A stretch of DNA of 64,000 bases from Perkinsela sp. CCAP 1560/9 (taxonomy: Eukaryota > Protista > Euglenozoa: Kinetoplastea). How positions within the stretch are numbered: the first letter of the stretch is position 1; each line of letters starts with the position of its first letter. Of the stretch, positions 53,901 to 64,000 are shown piece by piece. The position numbers were made by a program, and so were the translations under genes. The DNA is taken from NCBI GenBank assembly GCA_965644495.1, contig CBFFSA010000002.1, forward strand, positions 1,364,001 through 1,428,000. The letters run 5' to 3'. A model generated the notes under the pieces. The model was not told the DNA's origin. It did no database searches and saw nothing but the letters and a program-made list of their open reading frames with translations.

Positions 53901-54807
53901 CATCATGTTGATCGCCATCTTCCCCTTTTGGAATTTCAGCAATCAAAGAACTAAATAATAAAGTCGTGATATCGACAGGCAGTACGATTGCCATACAACA
54001 AATCGCGAGAGTAGAAACCTCAGAATTCCATCGAAAAAACTGATGAGTTAAAATTTTACAAGCTTCACTTACTCCTATTGCAGCAATCGTTTCGAGCGCG
54101 CCTTGCTCAGTAAACAAGTGAATTCTGAAGTTAATCGTTTCCGGATCATGCATCCAGTGTGATGGTAATTGAGCCATGTGTGACTCCGATATACAAGTAT
54201 GATGTTCGGATAAGACTCGACAGTTAGAGTCACCTTCCGCTAGGCGAACAATGCATGTATTCTTGCTGTGAATTTTCTCTCCTGATAAGCTTTTGTTGAG
54301 CGAGTCCATTCTATTGAACATTCGCATAATTATTTGTGTCTTCTTGCGAAGCTCATGTATGAGAGATCGAATCCAAATCTTGGGGAAGTGTGTGTCTTTT
54401 TGTAAAAGGTGAAAAATAAGTGGAGAATTGGCCTTTTGATCAATGAAAAGATCATTTTCTTGTCCTTCAGGATCTGGAATTATATCATCTTTCGAAGCCG
54501 CATTATAGACTTTGAAAATCCAAGTCGTTAGCTTTACAACAGAATTTGCCGCCGTCAAACAAATTGAAGCTTTCCGATGAGGAGGTTCTTGCCTATACTC
54601 ATCGCACGAAACCTTCTTCCACACTTTCGCCACGCATGAATTATTCCTGTCGGCATGAAGTTCCAAAACATGTATCTGACCTTCCCAGTACGCTCGAGTA
54701 AAGCTATATAACGGAACAGGACCAGGAAACTCAATAGATATTCGCTTAGATGAGCGAAAGTAAACAGGGCCTGGACGCAATACAGGTGCGAAATAAAGAA
54801 ATCGCAT
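50968..54807 (-). CDS. Large protein with DEDDh (DnaQ-like) 3'-5' exonuclease domain
   Basis: YDIESTGL, IAHNSRKLD, HRALSDA within a 1279-aa ORF. Confidence 0.8.
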   Translation of the reverse strand: MRFLYFAPVLRPGPVYFRSSKRISIEFPGPVPLYSFTRAYWEGQIHVLELHADRNNSCVAKVWKKVSCDEYRQEPPHRKASICLTAANSVVKLTTWIFKVYNAASKDDIIPDPEGQENDLFIDQKANSPLIFHLLQKDTHFPKIWIRSLIHELRKKTQIIMRMFNRMDSLNKSLSGEKIHSKNTCIVRLAEGDSNCRVLSEHHTCISESHMAQLPSHWMHDPETINFRIHLFTEQGALETIAAIGVSEACKILTHQFFRWNSEVSTLAICCMAIVLPVDITTLLFSSLIAEIPKGEDGDQHDAAHHRIVPLQFSSASKSPLDLSSVTTKIQRIHERTKNYLLGASVSFRELELMQYGGIGRVPHIYASNKVDHLVYRKGCLRLPTNMIDTLLLPHLFLSLTTNGEIEFIGRSGKHLLRINKLKSGEEDSKDCSDEVQINEIISATRVIVVRDLRKMLSSCSALLHSTPFIAFLSRGGYFWCSTMADKLSQINMRCFTDMQLQYRQEEKNDDIVSHLTPWNCDMQHQYLQDFAVFLSTKSQNELNAFSLLRFHSEYSLALQDRRSFSQKIRNFGQTLSEIGSELQLFRNLLRTYIPSSVPLEMHQQWRWDDMKHLEALYFGGTIQFGEAGQESADPFDAGHSPYVYAVTELAYTAQVVPSLPLSILASYSELRGVSRDTKTAQSSRISSFIAKRGWLNRYRIITYDIESTGLNIQRDRIVEFAMYDALNRRSFSTLINPETRIPPKVIAIHGLSNEDVAHAPTWRDAAPRILEFLTPDRSTKEEVLFIAHNSRKLDERILLRQLQEEKLTLPSGVHFVDSIPLLRFSRDKSPETGLSSFRLSNMLQELAISIEGDLHRALSDATALWEIFIRLSMSSTVTPTNRLRSDPLVSGGSGERNAVDKTVDSKTASDTTVEGSQEKQLDVTMLHTSEGLPTALGETMPKESCKTSEADEHERVLQWIGRSLEYPAYFCFSRTAILQNEVETGVKAIVNLPGEISPEHRIVLSGRTNSEITEKFGTIAISEFYNRWIACKHNQLFTMEPDLLKELCTTYNCSSAELVEQVQRLSPALKTLRLIQSAHDAVGEKNTKGVHTDGNAEVSLDFEITNYVPYDLQTYAAEYIPEQWTVQWRKLFTSLPGHQLVTLTTSVSASEIFKSLNYDWRELDKVFNNAIDDTMIYSETRKQGRCLLNLCVCLVWRNLYTNLKKDESTSHQSDLPHASATMESQSCGTDKMPCLHHVTSKEMAWNVPFSSVKEFTDGVLPRSVGGILPHDSYEVHLD

Positions 54808-56049
54808 TGCTCATAAAAAGTGTTTGTTCGCAGCAGAATCAAGAGCGCAATAAATTACCTGGCATGTTATAAGTTTTGTTATAAGTTATAAGCTCGTAAT
54901 GCAGGGTTTACAGTAAGTATATCGAATCATGATACGAGTTTATTTGTTTCAAAGACATCTTCCTTCCCATAAGAAACGTATGATTTAATAAACGATGATT
55001 TATCATGTAATTTCACTGAACTTGGTATGAAGAAAGAAGAGCTGCAGATGTCAACTGGAATAGAATAGAAGGGCATCAAATTTACAAAGTTCATATTTCG
55101 AATACGAACTAAAAAATTTAACAACAAATTCGACGTGCTTTCACAAAGAACTCCTTTGCTTCCTCAAGAACATACTAAAAAACTATAAATATAGAAAATG
55201 TGTTTTTGTCGAGAGCACTCAAAGCAGAAAACAGATACGTTGAAACTCATTCATTTCCAATAATACTCCAGTATTACTGGAGTATTCAGAAAGATTTAGC
55301 ATACATAACCTATTTTCAGATGTCAATGTGAAAGTTATCATTGTGATAGTAACTCAGCAGAATGATATAGAATGTCCTCATGTCAAAAGGAAAGAAATGC
55401 ACAGTACTTTAAACTTACTAAAACTAACTTTAAACTTATTGCATTCCGTAAAATAAATTTCAGTAGCAAATCTAATGAGAACTCATGGTCGATACGTACG
55501 GATGAGAGAAAATTCATCATGCAGTAGCTAATATGAACAGGTTAGTATAAAATTAAATAAAAATTATACACTTATACTCTCATGCAAGCCTCTAAAACAG
55601 AATTGACGTGCCGACGTTTTATAATATGTATAATACGAACACAACAACCAAGATTTGTCATTTTTGTGAGTCAGTGCTTTAGGAAAGGAATAGTTAGTTG
55701 AACAGTAAACAACTCCAAAGCTCAAGTATACAAGTAGCCTTCAATATAAAGCCTTCGACAATATGAATATAAAGCCCTCAACATGAACTTAGATATCTGA
55801 AATGCGCTATTATTTTCCAAACTTAAATATTCTTTATACACTTTAGACCCCCTTAATGTAAATTTGCAGATTACTTTCATTGGAGTTTTCATTGAAACGT
55901 GATCAATAAAACGTCTTTGAGTCCTATATCGAGATCGAGAATACATGCATGACCTGCTACTCGGAACGCTATTCCATGTGTTCACATATATTGTACTACC
56001 AATGGACATAACTCCCTAATGCACCGGATTAGGCTTCCGGTTCGCATAT

Positions 56050-56502
56050 CTAGAGTGACTTTTGCGCATGTCGCAATGTCCACTGCTTTGCCTTCTGTAA
56101 CGCTTCCGCTGGATAATTTCTCCAATACGCCGCAACCTCTTGATCGAGGGGGTCGTCGGGGTTGGGAGCGCTCAAGAGAGCACGAATGCTCAGGAGTACC
56201 GTGCGTACCTGTAAAGCCGGACTCCATTTGTCTTTCACGATATCTAAGCAAATTCGGCCGAGACGGTCAATGTTGGGGTGGTAAATAGGAGTGAGGAAAC
56301 GTACCTGGGGTGGAGACATCGGATACTCCGCAGGGAGAAACAGTTCCATAAGAAAGTTGCCGTCCTCATACGGGGAGTCAGGGGGTCCTGTCATAATAAC
56401 GGAAAAGTGGCGTGCGTTCAGTGCCGAGGGAGAGGCAAGTACGCCGGGTGGGGGATCCGACTGGAGCTCTAGAGTTTCTTTCAGTATACGCGTTGAGAGC
56501 AT
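56050..56502 (-). CDS. UBC13: Ubiquitin-conjugating enzyme Ubc13/UBE2N
   Basis: [46 protein letters not shown]. Confidence 0.93.
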   Translation of the reverse strand: MLSTRILKETLELQSDPPPGVLASPSALNARHFSVIMTGPPDSPYEDGNFLMELFLPAEYPMSPPQVRFLTPIYHPNIDRLGRICLDIVKDKWSPALQVRTVLLSIRALLSAPNPDDPLDQEVAAYWRNYPAEALQKAKQWTLRHAQKSL

Positions 56503-56734
56503 GAGAAGAAATGCGAGTATAAAAACGATGAAGTAATACACAAATACAAGTATGACAGTCTCGTACGTAAATTACTGAGTTTATGTCTCATTATACATAG
56601 CAGCATGTCTCATCATAAGCAGTTTATTGTCTCATTACAATCACACAAAAAGTGCTCTTCATAATGACATAAAACTGTATACACAACTGGGTAACTGGGT
56701 GTAGTTACCATGCGGGTAATATTTCAGAGAAGAG

Positions 56735-57988
56735 TTATTTTCCTTTGCGTTCTTTTTTTGCACGCTTCTCTTCTTTTCGCTTTTGTCGAATTTCCGCTTC
56801 GGATAATTCCTCCGTGACAACGGGGGCTTCTGCGGCTGCATATTCTGAGCGAATCTCTTCCCACCGTTTGCGTATGTGTGTCATGGGGTCATACTGGGCG
56901 ACCCATTGAGAGATTGCCAGAGCTACTTGGTGTAAAACAGCATCCGCAGTAGTCGTAGAGGTGGGCGGTGCAGTAGCCCTATCTTCAGTAGTCCTCTCTT
57001 CTACATTAACACCAGACGAGGAACCTTCTTCAGCGCTCTTCTTCCCCTCCTCTGTTGTCTCGTTTTCGGATTGAGTCAAACACTGAATCATCCTCTCATG
57101 CGTTACGTTTTTTACTGTGACTACTTTTCTTACATTCAGCAACTTTTTATGCAGTGCCACGGCAGGCTTGTCCAGCGTAGGCTCCAGGCCAGGTACAATA
57201 AGCTGTACAGGATGCCGAATCAGTCCAATTTTTTCCGCACTCAAGTAGGTTTCTTCCAACCTCTGCTGCACCTCTCCCGTCCTTCTACACAACTCCGGAA
57301 TCCTATCCTCCTTTTCCAACACCCTCCCCTGCGCTGCCGCCTCCTCTGCCTCCGCTGCGTGCTCTCTAAACAGCCTCGCGACCCACTCCCGGCTCCTCTG
57401 CTCTCGTTGTCTCGGGAAGTACCCCCCTTTCTCCCCATCCCCACCCACCCCTTCCCACTCGGCTGCATCCTGGGCGCCCCACAGCGCTCTCCACTCCCCC
57501 ATGGACACATTCGGGTTTTGACTCCACTCGACGATGTTCTTACGAATGCGATGATTGTGTTGCAACGCCGCTGTTGTGAGGCCACTGTCCACCAGGGTAA
57601 CACTCCCTACCCGGGCCGGGGCACGCCATGTGAGATAACCCCCGAGCAGTGCCCCGGGGCCGTAGCCCAGGAGATGGGCCCAGTCCACACGGAGGGCGTC
57701 GAGAAGAGCCAACACGCAATCTGCGTTTTCAGATAACGCGAAATTTGAATTAAGAAAAAGGGAAACGACACCATCCCGGTGGGCGTAGGGGGGTTGGATT
57801 AGCGTAGAGGAGAGAGAGGTCCCGAAGAGAGGGGGGGAATTGGGGGGTGTGAGGGTAGAGAGCAGGATGAGAGGCCGGGGACCACAGCAGAGATGGCCGG
57901 CACGGTTACGTAGGGGGCTGAGACGCCATATTTCGGCGTTTTTAAGGAGAGGGGAGAAATGGGGTTGGTAGGGGATGCGGGTAGGCAT
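56735..57988 (-). CDS. Alpha/beta-hydrolase-fold protein, probably non-catalytic
   Basis: ADCVLALLDALRVDWAHLLGYGPGA...APARVGSVTLVD; ATG at 57988. Confidence 0.65.
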   Translation of the reverse strand: MPTRIPYQPHFSPLLKNAEIWRLSPLRNRAGHLCCGPRPLILLSTLTPPNSPPLFGTSLSSTLIQPPYAHRDGVVSLFLNSNFALSENADCVLALLDALRVDWAHLLGYGPGALLGGYLTWRAPARVGSVTLVDSGLTTAALQHNHRIRKNIVEWSQNPNVSMGEWRALWGAQDAAEWEGVGGDGEKGGYFPRQREQRSREWVARLFREHAAEAEEAAAQGRVLEKEDRIPELCRRTGEVQQRLEETYLSAEKIGLIRHPVQLIVPGLEPTLDKPAVALHKKLLNVRKVVTVKNVTHERMIQCLTQSENETTEEGKKSAEEGSSSGVNVEERTTEDRATAPPTSTTTADAVLHQVALAISQWVAQYDPMTHIRKRWEEIRSEYAAAEAPVVTEELSEAEIRQKRKEEKRAKKERKGK

Positions 57989-58293
57989 GGGGTCGTCTAC
58001 ATGGTGGAGTGAAGTAAATTGATAAGAAACATGGTTTCTTGCTTTTATGAGAAATTGTAGATTTTGTAAGAATGGGGTAGAATAATGTTTAATGTTGAAA
58101 TATTGGCCGGTAAAGCCGATTTCGACCACTTAGAAATTGTTTTTAGGGCAATAAAATCATCAAAACTCGACAAGTAAAAATATCAAGCGCACTTTGTTGA
58201 ACCATATAAATTGGATTTTATCTTGACCTTTGATATCGATTAGTCCATATTATGGAATCCCACCACCAAACGCCCCCCACTGTGTGTCACCTT

Positions 58294-59895
58294 TTAATAA
58301 TCTGATCGTTGACGGGGAGTGGCACGCATGACAGTGTCTACCCGCAGCAACACTTCGGCCGCCTCGGCCGCGAGACGCAACACACTGTCCTTCACTTTGT
58401 AGCACTCCAAGATACCTGATTCCATCACGTCCGCAATGTCGCCTGTTTGGATGTCCAGTCCCATGTTGTGTCGACCCTCTGTGTGGGCGGCGCGAAGTTT
58501 CGTTATGAGTTCCGTACTATCCAGACCCGCATTCTCCGCAATAATCATCGGTAGCATTCGCAGCGCCTCCGCAAAAGCATCCATTGCGAGTGCTTTCTTC
58601 CCTGGAGTTCGCCGTGCCTCGCTCTCCACCGCTGTTGACATGAGCATCTCACTGGCCCCGGCGCCCAAGACAGTTTTCGTGCTTTGTACGGTTTGACACA
58701 GCACACACAGCGCATCATGAATAGAGCGCTCAGCTTCATCCAAAATATGCTGTGAGGTGCCCCGCAAGACCACCGTGCACGCCTCCCCCGCACGTAGCCC
58801 ACTGAATCGGATTACCGTGTCCTCCCCAATCATAACCTCATCAATCCGCTTGGCAAAGCCGTACGTTACCCCCTCGGTGTTATCAAAGGTGGAGCACACG
58901 TCCGCGCCCAGAGCCTTGGCGAGTCGCTCCACGCCCTCAAAGTCCGCGTGCTCGATCGCCATCACCCCTGCCTGGGCGAAAAGCTCCTCGGGGTAGTTGT
59001 AAATCAGCTGACGGTTAATAAAGCAATGAATGCCGTGCGCTAGAATCTTATCTACCTTGTTCTTCATTTTCTGCTTCTCTGCTTTTTCGATTTCCGCCAA
59101 GGCACTGACGCTCTCCACCTGTACCTTAGCCCCGAAAACCTTAATCTTGTCCGCATCCATTGAGGTGTTGGCGACCATAATTTTTGCCTCCTCCAGCACC
59201 CGGGGTTGTCCCATCCCCACTTTCTTCTCCAGCAGGAACCCAGGCTCGAGATAGGAATCCGTCAGCGTGCCCCCGAGGGATTTGATCACATTAATCATCT
59301 CTAAGTTGTTCGACCCTTTCAGTCGCAGCACCGCGTCCACACAGAGCTGGGCGAAATGCTCCTTGGCGAGTGACACCACTTTGGAGCTGAGTGTCGTGCG
59401 GGCAATGCGGAGTAAATCCTCACGAAACTTTTCCTCATTGTCTGCGTTATCCTTTGCGGCACTCTTCAGCGCGTCCCCTGCCACGGAGGCGGCGATGCGA
59501 AACCCCTCGATTACGGTCTGGGGGTGGATGGACTGTTCAAGGAGGAGACGCTCGGCGCGTCGTAGCAGCTCCCCGGCAAGTACCGTGACGCTCGTGGTGC
59601 CATCCCCGACCTCCTCGTCCTGCGCTTTTGAGGTGTCGATTAAAAGCTTCGCTGCGGGGTTGTCGATATGAAGCGAGCGAAGAATGGTGGCCCCGTCGTT
59701 GGTGACACGCACGCCTGCGCCCCGGTCGGTGCTTTGGAGAATCTTATCCATCCCCTTAGGCCCGAGTGTGGATTTCACGACCTCCGCTACGCTGATGGCA
59801 CCCATGATGTTGGAGAGTTTCGCGTGCTCGCCTTTTTCTTCGGTGGCCCCGAGACGGAGGACGTCGTTGGGGGATTGGACAAAGCCGGGTTGCAT
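58294..59895 (-). CDS. CCT2: T-complex protein 1 subunit beta
   Basis: [36 protein letters not shown]. Confidence 0.96.
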   Translation of the reverse strand: MQPGFVQSPNDVLRLGATEEKGEHAKLSNIMGAISVAEVVKSTLGPKGMDKILQSTDRGAGVRVTNDGATILRSLHIDNPAAKLLIDTSKAQDEEVGDGTTSVTVLAGELLRRAERLLLEQSIHPQTVIEGFRIAASVAGDALKSAAKDNADNEEKFREDLLRIARTTLSSKVVSLAKEHFAQLCVDAVLRLKGSNNLEMINVIKSLGGTLTDSYLEPGFLLEKKVGMGQPRVLEEAKIMVANTSMDADKIKVFGAKVQVESVSALAEIEKAEKQKMKNKVDKILAHGIHCFINRQLIYNYPEELFAQAGVMAIEHADFEGVERLAKALGADVCSTFDNTEGVTYGFAKRIDEVMIGEDTVIRFSGLRAGEACTVVLRGTSQHILDEAERSIHDALCVLCQTVQSTKTVLGAGASEMLMSTAVESEARRTPGKKALAMDAFAEALRMLPMIIAENAGLDSTELITKLRAAHTEGRHNMGLDIQTGDIADVMESGILECYKVKDSVLRLAAEAAEVLLRVDTVMRATPRQRSDY

Positions 59896-60165
59896 GGAAA
59901 AAAGGGGGTGAGGTGAAGATAAAATTATCGGATGTAAAATTGGCTAATGTGTAAACGGATTTATGAAAGTAAGCGGGTAGTAGTGTTGGGTAGAATGGCA
60001 TAAGAATGAACATAACAAAAATATTGAAAAAAACATAACAAATTGAAAAAACACAACAAAAATGAACATAACGTGTATCCTTTGTGTGCTCTTTAAACAT
60101 TTTTCTAACTTAGGAGTTCTAAGAAAAAGTTTTTTTAAGGAAGAAATAAAAACACGTGTGGTATC

Positions 60166-62253
60166 TTAAACGTTATTTTCTCGAGCAACACGTGTCGAAG
60201 CTCGTTCATCCTGCGGTGTATAGTGCGTCGTGGAAGACACTTTGTGTCCTAGGGGTCGATCAGGATTCACATTTTCTGTCATTTTACTTGCCTTTAAGTC
60301 ATCTGGGGTGGGTAATACGTCTTGAAATTTTACTGAGAGCCAATGAGGTGCAGAAGATTGAGAGGAGTTGCGCGAATACGTACTGGCCACCGCTGAAGGA
60401 CGATTTTCTCGTTTTCGCCTCTGCAGTATGTTATCTCGGACGCGCACGGCTTCCTCACGTCGAAGCGACTGAGAGAGTGCATGATAAAGTCTTTCAAGCG
60501 TTTCTAAATGGAATAAATGAAGAAGAGTGTCTCGCTCTCTCTTTGGGACACAATCATACACTGCCACAGTGAGACGAATCCAGCCGGACTTTAGAAGAAA
60601 GATCAAAATTTTGGCGGACGAGTGTATTTGACGACAAATGCCAATCTCGGCAAGCACATTCACGGCACGCTCACAGTCCGTCTCACTTCCGGAAGCCATG
60701 CACAAGGCCAGAAGGCGAGCGACGAAGAGAGCACAATTATGTGATGAGTACTGCATCGTATCCTCCGCTTTGCCAACGTTAGACGTTGAGTTATCATCCG
60801 AGCTGTCTCTCACTTCTTGTGTAGGCCAACGGTTCCGCAAGGCCTGGAACCAAAGTTGCAAAATGCGTGTTGCGCTTAACCCCATGTGACTACTAAAGAC
60901 GACTGAAAGATTCGTTAAACATTCAGCAAGCTTGGCTAGAACGCGGACTTCTCTTTCCGTATACGCCACCGAAGGCTCTTTCAAAATATACCTTCCGTAC
61001 ACGTGTGCCAATACTCTTACGTAGTCGGCTTCAGCAATGTACGGCTCCGGTGGTGAGAGATGGTTTCTCATATCTAACGCGATCCATAGACAGTGGGCCG
61101 GAAGTAACAATTCTCGGTCAAAAATGGCGCGCAGGATAAATTTCCAAGCGTCGCCTATTTTTCCAAGGACGTAGTACGCTTGCAAAACAATGCCATACAT
61201 TTCAGTATTCCAGGCTTCAAAGGCATCATACGCATCGGTGGCATCGCAATGCATCTCATGTATCTCATAGGCGTGCATTACTATTTGTTCAGCAGTACTT
61301 TTATCGACCTTTCCGTCCACTAAACAAGTAAAGTCACTCTCCTTCAGGCCCCAACACGTCATGTAGGACAAGATAAACGAACTATGCATGCGCAAACCCG
61401 AATGGTGTTGTAACGCCCGCAGTGAGGTCACAAAATTCGTAGGCTCCCCGAGTACGAGCACATTGGCCGTTGCCACCGCATCCAACGTCTCCTCCCCCCG
61501 ACCGTACCCCATGGTGCGTAGAAACTGAACCCCGCAGCGGGTGAAATAGGGCCGCATCTCGTGGGCTTCCAGCGTTGTTTTGTACGGCTGCGCCCCCACC
61601 CACCCGAGCTGGTGCCGCACCCAGGGCGCGTCACACCCACTGAGCAGACACAGCGCGGCGGTGAGACCCCGAAGGCTTCGGGTGTCACGCGCGGGGGTGT
61701 GCGGTGCGAGCCGCGGCTGCCACCGCAGCGCACTCACCAGGGAGAGGCGTAGGATGGATGGGGTGTTGAACGTGGTCCAGGGGAGGGCCATCCAGGGGTG
61801 GTGCCGTATGTTGCGGGCAATGCTGTGGGCTAAGGCATAGGGGGCGTGGTGACACCATACGTAGGTGAGTTCGTCGGGGGTAAAACCACCGACACAACGG
61901 GTGTGGCGGACGCGCTGGGGGGCGGTGGGGGTAGAGGGGGGGAAAGAACGAGAAAAGGCATGGACCGTTTTGTTTGTGGAGTTCTGTGTAAGATCTGAAG
62001 GGGAATCATAAGCACGGAACCACTGTAGCACGTGGAGCGCAGAGTCGAAAGCACAACATGCGTGATGCAGAAAATACAGCCGAGCTCCTGAACAACGCGA
62101 TTGGGAAAAAAGCATAGACGCTAATGTGCGGTCTTTGAGAACCGAATTTCGGATTTGGGAATAAGATCCTTTTCGTACGGACTTCTCGCCTAGGGGTCGC
62201 AAAGATCGTAAATTGGGTCCTCTCAACTTAAACGGTACGCAAGGTGGTCTCAT
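60166..62253 (-). CDS. Hypothetical protein (helical, possibly mitochondrial)
   Basis: 695 aa ATG ORF co-oriented with the cluster; no recognised motif. Confidence 0.65.
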   Translation of the reverse strand: MRPPCVPFKLRGPNLRSLRPLGEKSVRKGSYSQIRNSVLKDRTLASMLFSQSRCSGARLYFLHHACCAFDSALHVLQWFRAYDSPSDLTQNSTNKTVHAFSRSFPPSTPTAPQRVRHTRCVGGFTPDELTYVWCHHAPYALAHSIARNIRHHPWMALPWTTFNTPSILRLSLVSALRWQPRLAPHTPARDTRSLRGLTAALCLLSGCDAPWVRHQLGWVGAQPYKTTLEAHEMRPYFTRCGVQFLRTMGYGRGEETLDAVATANVLVLGEPTNFVTSLRALQHHSGLRMHSSFILSYMTCWGLKESDFTCLVDGKVDKSTAEQIVMHAYEIHEMHCDATDAYDAFEAWNTEMYGIVLQAYYVLGKIGDAWKFILRAIFDRELLLPAHCLWIALDMRNHLSPPEPYIAEADYVRVLAHVYGRYILKEPSVAYTEREVRVLAKLAECLTNLSVVFSSHMGLSATRILQLWFQALRNRWPTQEVRDSSDDNSTSNVGKAEDTMQYSSHNCALFVARLLALCMASGSETDCERAVNVLAEIGICRQIHSSAKILIFLLKSGWIRLTVAVYDCVPKRERDTLLHLFHLETLERLYHALSQSLRREEAVRVRDNILQRRKRENRPSAVASTYSRNSSQSSAPHWLSVKFQDVLPTPDDLKASKMTENVNPDRPLGHKVSSTTHYTPQDERASTRVARENNV

Positions 62254-62504
62254 TTCTCAATAAAAAAGGTTCCGCTGAAATGTTAGTGGTATACTTCTGG
62301 AGAGGGCGCCGTCAAGACAGACCTGCTAGTGCGAAGCAGTACAAATGTGTATAGGGTCATGGAAAAAGTAATGTGTAACAAAAAAATCCAAAGGTTAGAA
62401 CGTACAATTCTAGTCTAATTACAAAATTCCAGTGGGTAATCAAATATTTCTTCTGAAAAGATATACGGTAATATCCAAGTTTTTTGAAAAGGATTTTCTA
62501 TATT

Positions 62505-62820
62505 CTGTGACCCCCCCCTTTATACTTCGCCCATTTTGAGCAGTAACAAAGTATAAAGGGGGGGGTCTGAATTTTTTCCCCGCTGTATAAAGAAAGCCGC
62601 GCTGCTTCGCGGCGCGGCTCATCCAGTTTTCCTGTCTTTCCTTTCATATCACCTTCCATTTCTAGAAGGGAAGACTTAGAACGTTCTTGTATTTATTTGT
62701 AAAAAAAGATGAAAAACTACGAAAATTAAAAAAAATCGTCCCCCCTTCGGGGGGGGGGCACACAAAAAACAAAGTATAAAGGGGAGGTCTGACCAGCGAA
62801 GTATAAAGGGGGAGTCACAG
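62505..62820. mobile_element. 316-bp MITE
   Basis: TIR ctgtgacccccccctttatacttcgc / gcgaagtataaagggggagtcacag; internal repeats aaagtataaaggggRRgtctga; TA on the right flank only. Confidence 0.8.
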
Positions 62821-63622
62821 TATGTTAATGTTGAATCACTGCCGCAGGCTTACAGTAATTTACTGTGCCCCAACTTGTGTGCCGCGAGTTTTGGCCATAC
62901 GGCACTATAAGTGGGGGGTACTCGAATTTCCAAAAAAAAAAAGAATGTCAGCAAAAATGTTTAAATTTTAGAAATAAAAGTAAGCGGTAAAGCGTAGTTT
63001 CTGAGACAATTAATAAAACATTTGAGGCTAGTGAGTATACTACTCGCAAATCTAAGGAGGATCTCCTTATCCTCCCAACTGTGTGAATCAAATTCGTTTG
63101 AATTCAGACTGTGTGAATTTAAACCGTGTTAACCGCGTAAAATTACTAATTCTTTCCTTGAACCTAATCTGTATTAAAAAATCGAATTTCCATTTCTCTT
63201 TAACTTTTTTCTTCTCCAAAGATGGACGCTTAAGAGAATACACGTGTATCTTACACGATGATAACAAATTAAACAGCGTGCACATAAAAATATCAACAAA
63301 CGAATCTTTTAGATTCGGTTATACCACCCGATGCACAAGGCACGACCATGAGCGAAATACAGGAGCCAGGCATCGGAACCGTCGTGTTCCGGCTGCACGC
63401 GCAACTCAAGTGCAAGGAACCGGTGAGCTACAAGATCTACCACAAAAGAAAGCTTGCGGGTACACCACCCGAGACCGCACCGAAACCGCACCGAATCTTC
63501 TAGAAAGCAAATGTTGCATCTTCGTTCCCCCTAATACACTGCACTTTCTGAAATTGTATACACTGCATCTTCTGAAAAGGAAACGGGGTAACTGCCTTGT
63601 ACCTCCAAAAATGCAGTAGCAA

Positions 63623-64000
63623 CTACGTTGCTTTCCGCTTCAATGCATCTTCTATTATATTTCGTATTTCGTCTTCCTCTCTACGGTCACGGGATCTTAT
63701 CCGAGTGCGAGCAGCCTCCATTCTTTCTAGTTCCTCTTCAGAATTCGCTGTTCCTTTGCGCCAAACTACTTTCATCTGAGTACGTCGCAATCGAATTTTC
63801 TCCCCGGCGCTGGAGCAAGCGGATTGAGAGTCTGGTGGACATTGGTAAGCCAAAGATTCTTTATGACTTGTGATATTAATGTTCGCTGCGTGAACAGTAT
63901 TATTTTTTGCATCTATAACCGTTTGTGCAAGAACTGGAAGCTCTTTTAGTTCTTCGTCCGCTTCGTGTGCTAATCGTCGACTATCGCTATTACGAGCAAT
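63623..64000 (-). CDS. 3' end of a hypothetical protein entering from the right edge
   Basis: Frame is open from 64000 to the stop at 63623 (IARNSDSRR...EDALKRKAT). Confidence 0.65.
   Translation of the reverse strand: MARNSDSRRLAHEADEELKELPVLAQTVIDAKNNTVHAANINITSHKESLAYQCPPDSQSACSSAGEKIRLRRTQMKVVWRKGTANSEEELERMEAARTRIRSRDRREEDEIRNIIEDALKRKAT

Noticed and set aside
62861-63619. Possible transposon end plus 178-aa plus-strand ORF
   Set aside because: Only an imperfect short inverted repeat, GTG start, no transposase motif.
1-64000. tRNA/rRNA genes and cis-spliced introns
   Set aside because: None recognised by eye and conserved ORFs are uninterrupted; a covariance-model scan would be needed to exclude small RNAs.

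Overview
Eukaryotic, intron-less, gene-dense DNA. All ~25 host genes lie on the minus strand, as in one kinetoplastid-style polycistronic cluster; a Perkinsela-like kinetoplastid is my inference. Host genes include CSB/Rad26 helicase, beta-COP, AMPK beta, MPP beta, Rpn1, RPS13, Bud23, a Ulp protease, RPS21, eIF6, an MFS transporter, two MATE paralogues, an RFC small subunit, DGAT2, a DEDDh nuclease, Ubc13 and CCT-beta. Almost all credible plus-strand coding is mobile DNA: two Merlin/IS1595 transposons with TIRs and 8-bp TSDs, two Merlin relics, MITEs, and a ~4.6-kb insert of short orphan ORFs and palindromes between the MATE genes. The standout is a 6.3-kb tyrosine-recombinase retrotransposon (30171-36437; gag-YR-RT/RNaseH, VIPER/TATE-like order). 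Its split direct repeats are amplified into a 280-bp tandem array carrying SL-RNA-like motifs. Once three small indels are corrected, its YR and RT frames overlap for ~2.3 kb, and both appear reachable from gag by recoding: a -1 slippery site A AAA AAC plus hairpin to RT, and UGA-CGG plus hairpin to YR. A second recurring signal is ~1-kb GC-rich islands whose top-strand skew flips from C-rich to G-rich. All calls are by eye; no searches were run.
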